Below are positions 1-10,633 of a DNA stretch of 64,000 nucleotides, one piece after another. This DNA is from Eubacteriales bacterium (GTDB lineage: Bacteria > Bacillota > Clostridia > Saccharofermentanales > UBA5734): contig JAQVJP010000001.1 in assembly GCA_028695145.1 (NCBI GenBank), forward strand, positions 922-64,921, in the 5' to 3' direction. The position numbers and the translations under genes were made by a program. Numbering within the stretch: the first letter of the stretch is position 1; every line of letters starts with the position of its first letter. Under the pieces are notes generated by a model. It had not been told where the DNA came from. It was given only the letters and a program-made list of their open reading frames with translations, and searched no databases.

Positions 1-1
1 G

Positions 2-1276
2 ATGTATTATGACATGTTAACTCATTTGCCTAACAGAAATTATTTGGAGCGTGAATTCACAAAACGTCAGCATAGCCAAAAACTTGGCCTGGTATATCTT
101 GATATAGATGATTTTAGATATATTAATGACCGGCATGGTTATGAAACCGGTAATTTAATTATAAAACTGATAGCTGATACGATTCACAGCAATTTGCGTG
201 AAGCCGATTTGGCTATAAGAATTGGTGCTGATGAGTTTGCTTTACTAATTGATCCTGTTGACAGCTATGAGTCTCTTACAGCATGTGTTGAACGCCTGCG
301 ATCTAAATTGACAAAATCGTGGCCTGTGGCAGGTGATAATATTTATATATCAATAAGTTTTGGTGCTTCAATATGGCCTGAACATGGTAATACTGTTGAA
401 GAGCTCATTCAGAATGCTGAACTTGCAATGATGTTTGCTAAGAGCCGCGGGAAGGATGAATTTTATCTATATTCTGATAATATTCGTGAACAAGCAGTCA
501 AACATGCAGACACTCTTGCACAATTGCGTCGTGCAGTCGAAAACGAAGAGTTTACTGTTTATTATCAGCCGCAGATTAGATTGTCTGATGGTCAGATTAG
601 AGGAGTCGAGGCACTTGTTCGCTGGAACCATCCAGAACGTGGTCTGGTTTTTCCAGGTGATTTTATTGAAGCCGCTGAAGAGTCAGGATTGATTATACCT
701 ATGGGTAATCAAGTGTTGCGACAAGTTGCAGCACAGAGAAGAAGGTGGATTGAGCAGGGGATATGTCCAGGAATAATATCTGTAAATATTTCCGGAAGAA
801 GATTCAAGCATAATAATTTGCTTGAAGTTATTAAACCAATTATCGAGGGAGAAGGTTCGGACACGGGTAAGCTTGAAATTGAACTTACTGAAACTGTGAT
901 GCTTGAAAACGCTGAGAACGCGATAAGGATAATAAATGAAATTAGAATGAACAATATATCCTTTGCGCTTGACGATTTTGGCAGTGGATATGCTTCGCTT
1001 AATTACTTAAGCAGACTTCCGGTTGATTTGTTAAAAATAGATATGTCTTTTATCCATAATATCAATGTTAACGAACATAACCAAATAATTGTCAAAACGC
1101 TAATTGAGCTTGCTCACGGTTTGGGTATGCAAGTAATCGCTGAAGGTATCGAATATGGTATTCAAGCCGAAATACTAAGAGGTCTTGGCTGTGATTTTGG
1201 TCAAGGATATTTGTATTCAAGACCAGTGCCAGCTCAAGAGCTGGAGAATATGCTCTCAAGAGGCACTTGGTCATAG
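2..1276 (+). CDS. GGDEF-EAL c-di-GMP signalling protein (N-terminal part probably outside window)
   Basis: ORF opens at the window edge directly with the LTHLPNR start of a GGDEF domain. The signature reads RIGADEF. The downstream EAL domain has EALVRW, ELTE, DDFGSGYASL, KIDMSF, EGIE and QGY motifs. Confidence 0.85.
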   Translation: MYYDMLTHLPNRNYLEREFTKRQHSQKLGLVYLDIDDFRYINDRHGYETGNLIIKLIADTIHSNLREADLAIRIGADEFALLIDPVDSYESLTACVERLRSKLTKSWPVAGDNIYISISFGASIWPEHGNTVEELIQNAELAMMFAKSRGKDEFYLYSDNIREQAVKHADTLAQLRRAVENEEFTVYYQPQIRLSDGQIRGVEALVRWNHPERGLVFPGDFIEAAEESGLIIPMGNQVLRQVAAQRRRWIEQGICPGIISVNISGRRFKHNNLLEVIKPIIEGEGSDTGKLEIELTETVMLENAENAIRIINEIRMNNISFALDDFGSGYASLNYLSRLPVDLLKIDMSFIHNINVNEHNQIIVKTLIELAHGLGMQVIAEGIEYGIQAEILRGLGCDFGQGYLYSRPVPAQELENMLSRGTWS

Positions 1277-1279
1277 TAA

Positions 1280-2503
1280 TCAAGGCTGTTTGCTACGATT
1301 TCTGTTTTCTATCTCAAAAATCTGTCCTTCCCAATTACGAAAAACAGCTTTATCTCTACCTATATAAAGCAAGTAATTTGGCAGTAACGGTGTTTTACCA
1401 AGACCACCGGTGCCATTTACTATATATGTTGGAATGGCCATGCCAGAGGTATAACCTCTTAATGATTCCATAACATCAAGTCCTTCTTCAATGCTACACC
1501 AGAAATGTGAAGTTCCGCGGATCGCTTTGGGGTGGAAGATATAATATGGTTTAACTCTTATTGAGAGTAAACTCTGATTCAGTTTTTTGACTATATGGGG
1601 TTTGTTATTGACTCCGTTTAGAAGCACCATCTGGTTTCCAAGAGGAATGCCGGCGTCAGCAAGTCTCTCACAAGCCGCCTTCGATTCATCTGATATTTCG
1701 GCCGGACTATTGAAGTGTGTGTTTACATAAACTGGGTGATACTTCTTAAGAATGCTGACGAGTTCAGGTGTTATTCTTTGTGGCAAAGTAACCGGTGTTC
1801 TTGTGCCAAATCTGATAATTTCAACATGCTTGATAGATCTCAGATCGGCGAGTAAGTTATCAATTGCTTGATCGCTTAACATAAAAGCGTCGCCACCAGT
1901 TATAAGAACATCTCTAATTTCTTCGTGATCTCTAACATATTCAATTGCTTTTTTTATTTTCTCGCTGTTGGAATGAACATCTTGTTCGCCAATAAGTCTT
2001 CGCCTCTGGCAGAAGCGGCAATACATACCACATTGATTAGTAACCTTAATAATGAGCCTGTCGGGGTATCTTCTGGTTACTCCTGGTACCGGACTGGAAT
2101 TTTCTTCATCCATAGGATCAGTTTCACCTGCGGAATCAAGTTCATCTATCATAGGGATTGACTGCCTGGCTACAGGACATTCAGGATTGTTGGAATCGAT
2201 GAGTGATAAATAGTAGGGCGAAATGGCATAGCGATATTTCAAACCAACTTCATCAATTTCAGCGGCTTGCTTTTTTGAGAGCGGCATAAGTTTGCTCAGT
2301 GTTTCAGCGTCGGTAATTCGATGCTTCAATTGCCAGCGATAATCGTACCAGTCTTTAAGATCAGCACCGAAAAAAGCAAGTATTCTATCTCTGTTCTTTG
2401 CTATTTCTTCTTGTCTTTCAAGACCTGTTTTTATTGAATCTCTTACTTCGAGATAATCATGAATATCATTTTGCAGACGTAATTCTCTTTCTGCCGATAG
2501 CAT
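1280..2503 (-). CDS. kamA: lysine 2,3-aminomutase / KamA-family radical SAM protein
   Basis: CGMYCRFCQRR radical-SAM cluster motif and KamA-like sequence throughout. Start moved to ATG 2503, which sits 7 nt after GGAGGT; the track start at 2578 lacks an RBS. Confidence 0.85.
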   Translation of the reverse strand: MLSAERELRLQNDIHDYLEVRDSIKTGLERQEEIAKNRDRILAFFGADLKDWYDYRWQLKHRITDAETLSKLMPLSKKQAAEIDEVGLKYRYAISPYYLSLIDSNNPECPVARQSIPMIDELDSAGETDPMDEENSSPVPGVTRRYPDRLIIKVTNQCGMYCRFCQRRRLIGEQDVHSNSEKIKKAIEYVRDHEEIRDVLITGGDAFMLSDQAIDNLLADLRSIKHVEIIRFGTRTPVTLPQRITPELVSILKKYHPVYVNTHFNSPAEISDESKAACERLADAGIPLGNQMVLLNGVNNKPHIVKKLNQSLLSIRVKPYYIFHPKAIRGTSHFWCSIEEGLDVMESLRGYTSGMAIPTYIVNGTGGLGKTPLLPNYLLYIGRDKAVFRNWEGQIFEIENRNRSKQP

Positions 2504-2754
2504 ATATGTGACCTCCATATCTATTGTGAAGTGAGACAACTTGTCAAAATTATCAAGTTGTCTCTGATATATTAACATATCGGATAACTGTTGAAAACAT
2601 GTTCGCTTTTACCTGTACTGCCAAACATGAAACACCTGTAACATAGTGAGACCTGTACAAAAAGACTCTTCCATATACAAGACATTTGTTCGTGTTTTCA
2701 TGTATAATATATAAAAACAATTTGCGTTTGCTGACGCTGGCGGGAGGTGGGAAG

Positions 2755-3768
2755 ATGGCCGATCATATTGAAACTATTGCCGGTAGATTGCTGGATATGA
2801 TGCCTGAAGTAGTTCCGGCATATAAAATAAAAAAACATCTTGTTGGTTATGATAGTAATTCTGGGGAATTAGAGCAGATGCGTCAAATGATTTATGAAGC
2901 TGAACAGGTTCAAATATTATTGCGACAACAATCAGCTATTGGTTCCTGGGGCAAACGTTTTTTTACCAGAAATAAAAATGTTAAGAATCCGGCAAGAACT
3001 ACAGAAACAGCATTAATTCGTCTGAATGCTCTTGAGGTTGATCATGAAGCTGAGGTTTTTCAGAGGTCGGTTGCGTATATGGAGAAACTGCTGGATGGTA
3101 GACTGCAATGGCCGGATCAGTTGGATTCTTCTTTGCAGCATGATGAGGCCATGCGCTTGGTTATTGTAACAAGATTGAGTCAGATAAGACCTGAACATCC
3201 TTATGTAAAAGATTATATTAAGAAAATTGTACAGATAATGAATGCTGCTTTTGCGACCGGTTTTTTTGATGAGGCTATTTTACTTGAAGCAAGCGAAGAT
3301 ATTCTACGACATCGTTTGACTACGGATTGTCAGATATGCTTTTCTCTCTATCCTTTAATTTTGTTACGGGATCAATTGGATTTTGAATTACAACAATTGT
3401 GGATAGAACATTTATTCAAACATAGACGTGGAATTTATCTTGTGAATAATCGTTCGCTGCAGCACCTGCCTCTGAGTTTTCCTTCTGAAGAGAGTATGAG
3501 GTACATTAATGCTGTTGAGCTTCTTTCTTGGTATCCTGCGGCTGTGAGTTATCTTGAAGATGCTCGTGATTGGTTGTGGGAACAAGAAAATAATGAAGGT
3601 TTATGGGATCTGGGTAGTTATGGCAGAGACGGACTTGAGTTACCACTTTCACGAAGCTGGCGTAATCCGGTTAGTCGGCATATTGACAGTTCTGTCAGAA
3701 TTCTTATGATTTTACGCAGATTGCAGTTGACCTGCAGCTTGCGGGATACTGTTTGCCATTTCTTATAA
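2755..3768 (+). CDS. hypothetical protein (possibly alpha/alpha-repeat fold)
   Basis: Long ORF. ATG 2755 is preceded by GGGAGGTGGGAAG. Contains GSWG and GLWDLG repeat-like motifs. No family recognised. Confidence 0.5.
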   Translation: MADHIETIAGRLLDMMPEVVPAYKIKKHLVGYDSNSGELEQMRQMIYEAEQVQILLRQQSAIGSWGKRFFTRNKNVKNPARTTETALIRLNALEVDHEAEVFQRSVAYMEKLLDGRLQWPDQLDSSLQHDEAMRLVIVTRLSQIRPEHPYVKDYIKKIVQIMNAAFATGFFDEAILLEASEDILRHRLTTDCQICFSLYPLILLRDQLDFELQQLWIEHLFKHRRGIYLVNNRSLQHLPLSFPSEESMRYINAVELLSWYPAAVSYLEDARDWLWEQENNEGLWDLGSYGRDGLELPLSRSWRNPVSRHIDSSVRILMILRRLQLTCSLRDTVCHFL

Positions 3769-3819
3769 CCTTCATAGAGAGAACATTTATTATTGAGAAT
3801 TATAGAGAGGTATTTTTTT

Positions 3820-4323
3820 GTGATAATCCTCGGAATTGACCCAGGTTATGCTATAACAGGCTACGGCATAGTGAAATATCAGAAGAACCATTTTCAAGTA
3901 TTGGATTATGGTGTTATATCAACACCTGCGGGTATGCATTTCCCCAGAAGATTGCTTGAGATAAGCAGAAACCTTGACGATTTGATTAAGCATTATAATC
4001 CTGATGTCACCGCTGTCGAAGAGCTGTTCTTCAGTAGAAATACAACAACAGCGATTGGAACTGCGCAGGCAAGAGGTGTTGCAGTTCTCTCTGGTGCCAA
4101 GGCTGGCACAGATGTCTATGAATATACTCCAATGCAGATAAAACTGGCTGTAACAGGTTATGGTAGAGCTCAAAAAAATCAAGTGCAACAAATGGTAAAA
4201 GTTCTGCTAAACCTTGAAAAAATTCCTAAACCAGATGATGCTGCCGATGCACTCGCGGTTGCTATTTGTCACGCGCATTCCGGCAACAGAAGCACTTCCC
4301 TGGCTATAGGAGGATATCAATAA
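3820..4323 (+). CDS. ruvC: crossover junction endodeoxyribonuclease RuvC
   Basis: ILGIDPGYAITGYG N-terminus, EELFF motif and C-terminal DAADALAVAICH motif. GTG 3820 follows AGAGAGG. Confidence 0.9.
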   Translation: MIILGIDPGYAITGYGIVKYQKNHFQVLDYGVISTPAGMHFPRRLLEISRNLDDLIKHYNPDVTAVEELFFSRNTTTAIGTAQARGVAVLSGAKAGTDVYEYTPMQIKLAVTGYGRAQKNQVQQMVKVLLNLEKIPKPDDAADALAVAICHAHSGNRSTSLAIGGYQ

Positions 4324-4941
4324 ATGTATGCATATATAAAAGGTGAAATTGTACACAAAGCGCCAGAGTATCTTATACTTGAGAACAACGGCATAGGATA
4401 TAAAGTTATGTCATCAAGCGGTCTAATGAGCAGTTTCCCTGCAATCGGAGAGACTGCAAAGGCCTATACCTATTATTATGTCAGGGAAGATCAAATATCT
4501 TTGTACGGTTTCCCGACTCAGGAAGAACTATCGATGTTTGAGCTTCTATTGACTGTTAGCGGAATAGGACCCAAGGTTGCCTGCAATATAACGGGAAGTT
4601 TGAATCCCGGTCAATTCGCTGTTGCGGTAGTAAGCGGTGATACCAGAGCTTTGACTTCGGTAAAAGGAATAGGCAAAAAGGGTGCTGAACGCATGATTCT
4701 TGAATTGAAAGATAAGTTAAAAGGGAGAGATTTGGCTGGAGATGATACAAATGCCGGTGGCGTGGATGTCTTCACTTCAGAAGCGTCAGGAAGTGTAACA
4801 ATGGAAGCTGTCAGTGCTCTTATGGTTCTGGGTTACAGCAGTAATGAGGCCATGAGCGCTATTCGTGTTGTAAATAATAATGATATTTCACTCGAAGATT
4901 TAATCAGGCTGTCACTTAAGCAGCTTGTTAAACAGATTTAA
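4324..4941 (+). CDS. ruvA: Holliday junction branch migration protein RuvA
   Basis: MYAYIKGEI start, GIGYKV, FxxLLxVSGIGPKVA and VKGIGKKGAERMILELKDK helix-hairpin-helix motifs. Lies between ruvC and ruvB. Confidence 0.9.
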   Translation: MYAYIKGEIVHKAPEYLILENNGIGYKVMSSSGLMSSFPAIGETAKAYTYYYVREDQISLYGFPTQEELSMFELLLTVSGIGPKVACNITGSLNPGQFAVAVVSGDTRALTSVKGIGKKGAERMILELKDKLKGRDLAGDDTNAGGVDVFTSEASGSVTMEAVSALMVLGYSSNEAMSAIRVVNNNDISLEDLIRLSLKQLVKQI

Positions 4942-4995
4942 TTTAGCAAATTGTTGATCTGGTGTTGAAAACCAGATAATGGAGGATTTGTAGTT

Positions 4996-6129
4996 TTGTT
5001 TGATTATTTTGATGAAGAGCAGAATGAACGTCTGCTGGGCAGAGAAAAGCAAATTGAGGATCGAGATGAAGCAAGCCTCAGACCGGTTAAATGGGCCGAT
5101 TATTTTGGTCAGAACAAGGTGAAAAATAATCTGCAGATATTCATTGAAGCTGCTAGTCAGCGTGGGGAAGCTCTTGATCATGTTTTATTGTATGGCCCCC
5201 CTGGGCTTGGCAAGACAACTCTGGCTGGCATAATAGCTAATGAACTTGGGGTTAATTTAAGAATTACAACAGGACCTGCGATTGAGAAGCCTGGAGATTT
5301 GGCAGCATTGTTGACAAACCTGACGGAAAGAGATGTTTTATTTATTGATGAGATACATCGTTTGAATAGGTCGGTTGAAGAAATATTATATCCAGCAATG
5401 GAGGACTACGCGCTCGATATTATGATAGGTAAAGGACCGAGTGCTCGTTCTATAAGACTCGATTTACCACATTTTACATTGATTGGTGCTACTACCAGAG
5501 CAGGGTTGTTAACAGCTCCATTACGTGACAGATTTGGTATGATTAATAGACTCGAATTGTACAATCCAGAGGAGATCAGCCAGATATTGAAACGTGACGC
5601 GCAAATTCTTGATACAGCAATTGATACTGAAGGTTTGGATATTATTTCAACAAGATGCAGAGGCACCCCCAGAATTGCTATCAGACTGCTTAAACGTATG
5701 CGTGATTTCGCTCAAGTTAGAGGAACAGGTGTGATCAATGGAGAAATCGCACGTATGGGACTTGCGGCTCTTGATATTGATGAACGTGGGCTTGACGCTA
5801 CAGATAGAAGACTGATGCAAAATATGATTGATATGTTTGGCGGCGGTCCTGTTGGTCTGGATACGCTTGCTGCCTGTACCGGCGAGGACGCGATTACCAT
5901 AGAGGATGTGTACGAACCTTTTCTTATGCAAATTGGATATCTTGCCAAAACTCCAAGAGGAAGAGTGTTAACAAGACTTGGCTGGAATCATCTGGGTATT
6001 GAGTGCCCGGAAAACTATGAAGTAAGATTAAAAGGTTTGGGACGTGCTTTGAATGGAGGCAGCAATGGAGTTGTCTTGCCTGAGAATGACAACATGAATA
6101 ATAAACAGATTGGTCTTGATATTGATTGA
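4996..6129 (+). CDS. ruvB: Holliday junction DNA helicase RuvB (with ~40-aa C-terminal extension)
   Basis: LRPxxWxDYFGQ, Walker [12 protein letters not shown], Walker [10 protein letters not shown] and GTPRIA motifs. Confidence 0.95.
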   Translation: MFDYFDEEQNERLLGREKQIEDRDEASLRPVKWADYFGQNKVKNNLQIFIEAASQRGEALDHVLLYGPPGLGKTTLAGIIANELGVNLRITTGPAIEKPGDLAALLTNLTERDVLFIDEIHRLNRSVEEILYPAMEDYALDIMIGKGPSARSIRLDLPHFTLIGATTRAGLLTAPLRDRFGMINRLELYNPEEISQILKRDAQILDTAIDTEGLDIISTRCRGTPRIAIRLLKRMRDFAQVRGTGVINGEIARMGLAALDIDERGLDATDRRLMQNMIDMFGGGPVGLDTLAACTGEDAITIEDVYEPFLMQIGYLAKTPRGRVLTRLGWNHLGIECPENYEVRLKGLGRALNGGSNGVVLPENDNMNNKQIGLDID

Positions 6130-6164
6130 TTGGAATTATTGCAGAGAAGTTTGAGGAAGTATTC

Positions 6165-6737
6165 ATGAAAAAAGTTTTATTACATGCATGTTGTGGACCG
6201 TGTGCGGAATATCCGTTGCAAGAACTAATGAAACAGGATTTAGAAATTACGGTCTATTTTTTTAACCCAAATATTCATCCGGTTGAGGAGTGGACAAGAC
6301 GGCTTGAGCAGCTTAAGAAGTTGACTGATAAATATGGTTTGAAGTTAATAGTTGATGGTGGCAGCGATCCTGAAACCTGGCTTGATTGGGAACGTAACGG
6401 TAAGTTAGATAGATGTAGAATGTGTTACGAAACAAGACTTGGGCAAGCTGCAGCTATTGCTGCAAGAGAAGGTATGGATTCGTTTTTATCTACACTTCAG
6501 GTTAGTCCTTATCAGGATTTTGAGCTTATTACAAAAATTGGTCAAGAGCTGGCAAATAAATACAATATTGAATATATGCCTGTAGATTTCCGCCCTGGCT
6601 ATCGCACAGGCCAAAATATGGCCAGGGAAGATGGCTTATACAGACAGAAATACTGTGGATGTAATATTTCTCTTGAAAACTCTAAATTTCGCGAAAAAAT
6701 TTTTCGAGATCTTGAGGGTTTAAAGGCTCAACAATAA
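6165..6737 (+). CDS. queH: epoxyqueuosine reductase QueH
   Basis: LLHACCGPCAEYPL N-terminus, FFNPNIHP, CxMCY and C-terminal YRQKYCGC motifs typical of DUF208/QueH. ATG 6165 follows GAGGAAG. Confidence 0.85.
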   Translation: MKKVLLHACCGPCAEYPLQELMKQDLEITVYFFNPNIHPVEEWTRRLEQLKKLTDKYGLKLIVDGGSDPETWLDWERNGKLDRCRMCYETRLGQAAAIAAREGMDSFLSTLQVSPYQDFELITKIGQELANKYNIEYMPVDFRPGYRTGQNMAREDGLYRQKYCGCNISLENSKFREKIFRDLEGLKAQQ

Positions 6738-8628
6738 TAGTATTATACTGGTCATAAATAACCATACCCGGTCTTGCTCCATTGGGCTTGCGTACATGAC
6801 TGACAGGACAATAATCGACAGGTAGTTTAAGTGCGCCTGCACCTGATTTACCTGCTTTTGAAAACCAGGCGGCTATCCCTGCAGCTTCAAGAAGCGTAGA
6901 GTCAGGCAGTTCATTACCTGCTGTTCTAATAATTACGTGTGTACCAGGCATTTTCTGCACATGCAGCCAAATATCATTTTTGTTTGCAGTTTTAAGTGTA
7001 AGCTGATCATTTTGGATGTTATTTCTTCCCGCTAAGATTTCTATTTTGTCAGAACTTAACCAGCGTCTTGGAGGTAGAGACTCCTGTCGGCCTGTTTTTG
7101 TCGATTTTTTATTATTGCGTTTCTTATTATTGCGGTTAGAGTTGCTACCGAAAATTTGTGACTTTCCTGGCTTGCCAGGATTTAATCTATTAATTGTGTC
7201 AAGACGTTTCTGATTATTCATTTCTGCAAGTATACTTTTTCTTGAAGCAGTATCATGTGTCTTTGATAACAGCCCAAATGTGTTCATTTCCTGTTTGATC
7301 GCAGTTAGATCCTGAACACTGTCAGCATTATCAACTGCTTTTTGAAGTGATTCAAGCCAGATGATGTCCTGTCTATCTTGCTCTGCAAGTCGGCTTCCAG
7401 TCTCGTATTTGGTTTTTGCTTTGTTGTAACGTCGGAAATAATTTTGTGCATTCCAGGCAGCTGTTCGATTGACCTGTAATTGAATGTCAACCGCACGCAT
7501 ATCCGCGTCGTAAAAGTTTAAAAGAGAAACCTTATCTTGGCCCTCTCTCAAAGCTCTTTCAGTTTCATTGATATTGCTTAAAATCATATCTCCGAACTGC
7601 CGATAGGTTTCCTGTTTTTCACCCTCTTGCTGGTCAGATAAATGAATTTGCAGCTTCTTGTTAGTATGATCTAATTGATTTGTGATGACTTTTGCCAGAT
7701 ACTGTCGTTTCTGATGTAGTATATTTTGTTCATCCCGAATTCCATAGAATCGATCCATTGCTTCGGATACAGAACCAGTTTTCATTGATTTGCTGAAACC
7801 ACTAAGTGGAAGAGCATGAAAATCGGCTGGAACATTTGTAATTGGGTCAATAAAGAATAGACTTGGTTCAAAACTTCCGGCAATTATCTGTTCAAGTATT
7901 AATTTGATCGTTTGATTGAGTTTTGTCAGTTGATATTCTGTAAGTTGCAATGCTCTTGTGCGTTTATCAATTCCAGCGCGGTCAACAACTTCCTGACATA
8001 GCCTTGGCGAAAATCCCTGACATGTATCAAGTAGAGCTCTGTCAATCGATTGTGGAAGAGCCTGCGGCAACAGCCATAATTGCTTGTTAGCAATAGATTC
8101 AAGAATCTGTTGTGGAGTTTTTTTGTTTTGTTCAGGGGGCAACTGATAAGGCCTTGCAGGCATGATTTCACGTACTCTACTCATATCATTATCTACATGA
8201 AGTATGGAATCGTGAATTCTATCGTCTTGATTAACAAGTATAATGTTGCTGTGGCGTCCCATTATTTCAACATACAATCTCTTTTCGAGTGTATCGCCAA
8301 GTTCATTCACTACGGAAAATCGAAGACTGAAAATTCGCTCGTATTGTGGTGTTTCAATTGAAATAAGTCTTGCACCAAGTAAATGCTTACGTAAGAGCAT
8401 ACAAAACATTGGAGGTTCATTTGGATTTTGCTTGGAGCGTTCGGTTAGATGAATTCTCGGTGAGGCAGGATTAGCGCTTATGAGCAATTTGTACTGTTTG
8501 CCAGGCTGTCGCAGAAAAAACACCAGATCATACTTTTCCGGTTGATAGATCTTATCAATTCTGGCATCGGATAGTAGCTGATTGAGTTCGATCGCAAGTG
8601 CTTTTGCTGTTATTCCGTCAAATGGCAT
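6682..8628 (-). CDS. rqcH: ribosome quality-control protein RqcH (NFACT / fibronectin-binding protein A family)
   Basis: MPFDGI N-terminus, NFACT-N, a coiled-coil middle, and a C-terminal NFACT-R region (WLHVQKMPGTHVIIR). Contains a basic low-complexity insertion (SNSNRNNKKRNNKKSTKTGRQ). Confidence 0.85.
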   Translation of the reverse strand: MPFDGITAKALAIELNQLLSDARIDKIYQPEKYDLVFFLRQPGKQYKLLISANPASPRIHLTERSKQNPNEPPMFCMLLRKHLLGARLISIETPQYERIFSLRFSVVNELGDTLEKRLYVEIMGRHSNIILVNQDDRIHDSILHVDNDMSRVREIMPARPYQLPPEQNKKTPQQILESIANKQLWLLPQALPQSIDRALLDTCQGFSPRLCQEVVDRAGIDKRTRALQLTEYQLTKLNQTIKLILEQIIAGSFEPSLFFIDPITNVPADFHALPLSGFSKSMKTGSVSEAMDRFYGIRDEQNILHQKRQYLAKVITNQLDHTNKKLQIHLSDQQEGEKQETYRQFGDMILSNINETERALREGQDKVSLLNFYDADMRAVDIQLQVNRTAAWNAQNYFRRYNKAKTKYETGSRLAEQDRQDIIWLESLQKAVDNADSVQDLTAIKQEMNTFGLLSKTHDTASRKSILAEMNNQKRLDTINRLNPGKPGKSQIFGSNSNRNNKKRNNKKSTKTGRQESLPPRRWLSSDKIEILAGRNNIQNDQLTLKTANKNDIWLHVQKMPGTHVIIRTAGNELPDSTLLEAAGIAAWFSKAGKSGAGALKLPVDYCPVSHVRKPNGARPGMVIYDQYNTIIVEPLNPQDLEKFFREI

Positions 8629-8764
8629 ATACTAAACCTCTCTGTCTATCGTAAATAGGATATTAAACTTGAATAAATTATATCATGCAGAAAAATAATA
8701 ACAGGTAGTATTTTTCAAGCGATTAGACTTATAATAACAGATGATTGTTGAAGTGGAGGGAATC

Positions 8765-9124
8765 ATGACTGCTACGAAAAAAAAATCTAATGGGAAAAGT
8801 AGAACTTCCCAATCATCAAATGCCGGTAACAGAAACAGAAGTGTGAATCGAAAACCTAATTCTAATAATACTGCCAAGCGTGGTCACCCCGCAAAAAAAC
8901 AACGAGCTGAAGAGTCAATTGTTTCCTTGGTTTATTCGCTTTTTTCGGGAACATATTTTGGCAGAGTCGCAGTTTTCGCTGTGGTGTTTATAATCATGAT
9001 TCTAATAAATCTTCTGTTATCAAGAAATGAATTCAATACTTTCTTCATGCTTACTGGTGTGGAAATAATAGTTGTAATAATTCTATCCTGGCTGTTTTAC
9101 TTACTGCGTGAAGAGCATGATTGA
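8765..9124 (+). CDS. small membrane protein with basic N-terminal tail, unknown function
   Basis: ATG 8765 follows GGAGGG. A Lys/Arg/Asn-rich N-terminus is followed by two hydrophobic helices. Confidence 0.5.
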   Translation: MTATKKKSNGKSRTSQSSNAGNRNRSVNRKPNSNNTAKRGHPAKKQRAEESIVSLVYSLFSGTYFGRVAVFAVVFIIMILINLLLSRNEFNTFFMLTGVEIIVVIILSWLFYLLREEHD

Positions 9125-9130
9125 ATGATA

Positions 9131-10441
9131 TTAATTTTTGTTTATTCTCTCTATGAGAACGGTTTCGATTCTTTTGCCAATAATTTTATCAATTGTAAGT
9201 CTAAGATCAGCGGTTTCAATTTGAGGACGTTCTTCAGGTTTAGGAATTCTACCAAGTCTTGCGATAATATAACCGGCAATACTTGAATAATTATCAATTT
9301 TGTCTGGGATAACGGTATTTGTTAACTTCTCAACTTCCGAAAGATTGACAGATCCTTTTACCAATATTCTATTTTCTTCAAGCTGGATTATTTCATTATC
9401 TTGGTAATCATCGTATTCATCATAAATATTTCCTACTATTTCTTCTATCAGATCTTCCATTGTTATCAAGCCTGAAGTTCCTCCGTATTCATCAACAACA
9501 ATTGCCATATGTGACTTGCGTTGTTTTAGCTCGAGGAATGCTTCATCTAATTTTTTGAATTCAGGAATGTGATGAACGGGCTTAAGCAGATCTACCAGTT
9601 TAACATCTTGAAGCTTATTTGCGGCACTTAATTTAACCAATTCTTTTGTATTGAGGATACCGGATATGCAGTCCAATGAATCATCATATACAGGTATACG
9701 TGAATAATCTGTTTCTGCTAAAAACGACAACACTTCCTTCATCTTAGTGTCTAATTCAAGAGCCTCAATGCTTGTTCGCGGAGTCATGATGCTTGATACT
9801 GGTTTATCATCAAATTCAAATATATTGATAATCATATTTTTTTCTGTTTTGTCTATATTGCCGTCGCTTTCACCTTCTTCAAGAAGCATGCTGATTTCTT
9901 CTTCGGGTTTCTGATCGTCTTCAGCATCCGGATCAATTCCAAGCATTCTAACAACAATATTTGTAGATGCAGTAAGTAGTTTTACAAAAGGCGACGTTAG
10001 TTTTGCCAGATAAAAAAGCGGTTTTGCAGCAAATAAAGCTATTGACTGTGCCTTCTTCATTGCCAGACGTTTAGGGGCAAGTTCACCAAGTACCAAGGTA
10101 AAATAAGACAGAAGAAGAGTAATCAGAACAACAGAGGCTGTTTTCAAGACAGATTCCGAAATATTGACACCTGCATTAATTAGTGCGGTTACAATTATAT
10201 CGGCAAAACTCTCAGACGCAAAAGCACTGGCCAAGAATCCAGCCAGTGTAATGCCGATCTGAATCGCGGCCAGAAAATTTCCTGGCTTCGCAATAAGATC
10301 AAGTACTATTTGAGCGCGCTTGTCTTCGGCCGCAAGTTTTTCGATTCTGTGCTCGTTTACAGAAAGAAGTGCGATTTCAGAAGACGCAAAAAAAGCGTTC
10401 AGAAGTATCAATATGAAAATCATCAAAATGTCAATCAGCAA
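9131..10441 (-). CDS. hemolysin-family / CNNM-type transporter-associated protein (DUF21 + CBS pair + CorC_HlyC)
   Basis: N-terminal 4-TM DUF21-like region ([11 protein letters not shown]), a CBS pair (IMTPRT...IPVY) and a C-terminal CorC/HlyC-like domain. Confidence 0.85.
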   Translation of the reverse strand: MLIDILMIFILILLNAFFASSEIALLSVNEHRIEKLAAEDKRAQIVLDLIAKPGNFLAAIQIGITLAGFLASAFASESFADIIVTALINAGVNISESVLKTASVVLITLLLSYFTLVLGELAPKRLAMKKAQSIALFAAKPLFYLAKLTSPFVKLLTASTNIVVRMLGIDPDAEDDQKPEEEISMLLEEGESDGNIDKTEKNMIINIFEFDDKPVSSIMTPRTSIEALELDTKMKEVLSFLAETDYSRIPVYDDSLDCISGILNTKELVKLSAANKLQDVKLVDLLKPVHHIPEFKKLDEAFLELKQRKSHMAIVVDEYGGTSGLITMEDLIEEIVGNIYDEYDDYQDNEIIQLEENRILVKGSVNLSEVEKLTNTVIPDKIDNYSSIAGYIIARLGRIPKPEERPQIETADLRLTIDKIIGKRIETVLIERINKN

Positions 10442-10452
10442 GATGTTACCTC

Positions 10453-10596
10453 TTATTTCTTCCTGCTGCCAAGCTTCTCAATGATTTTAATTGTAAAGAA
10501 GAAAAGTATCAGGATTGTAAAAACACCAATCAAACCAGCGCCCGCTATGAATAGGCCTTGAGTGATATTATCTGAATTTTGCAATTGTTCCAACAT
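10453..10596 (-). CDS. OadG-like small membrane subunit of Na+-translocating decarboxylase (47 aa, absent from ORF track)
   Basis: My own translation gives MLEQLQNSDNITQGLFIAGAGLIGVFTILILFFFTIKIIEKLGSRKK. The ATG lies 7 nt after AGGAGGA. It has a single TM helix and sits directly downstream of oadB. Confidence 0.6.
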   Translation of the reverse strand: MLEQLQNSDNITQGLFIAGAGLIGVFTILILFFFTIKIIEKLGSRKK

Positions 10597-10633
10597 TTAA
10601 ATATCCTCCTGAATCATATGATTGCCGACATTA

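Noticed and set aside
2579-2640. Sigma-54 (-24/-12) promoter for kamA suggested by TTGGCAG on the minus strand
   Set aside because: The GG to GC spacing is about 16 nt instead of the required 12, and no TTGC element is present at the correct distance.
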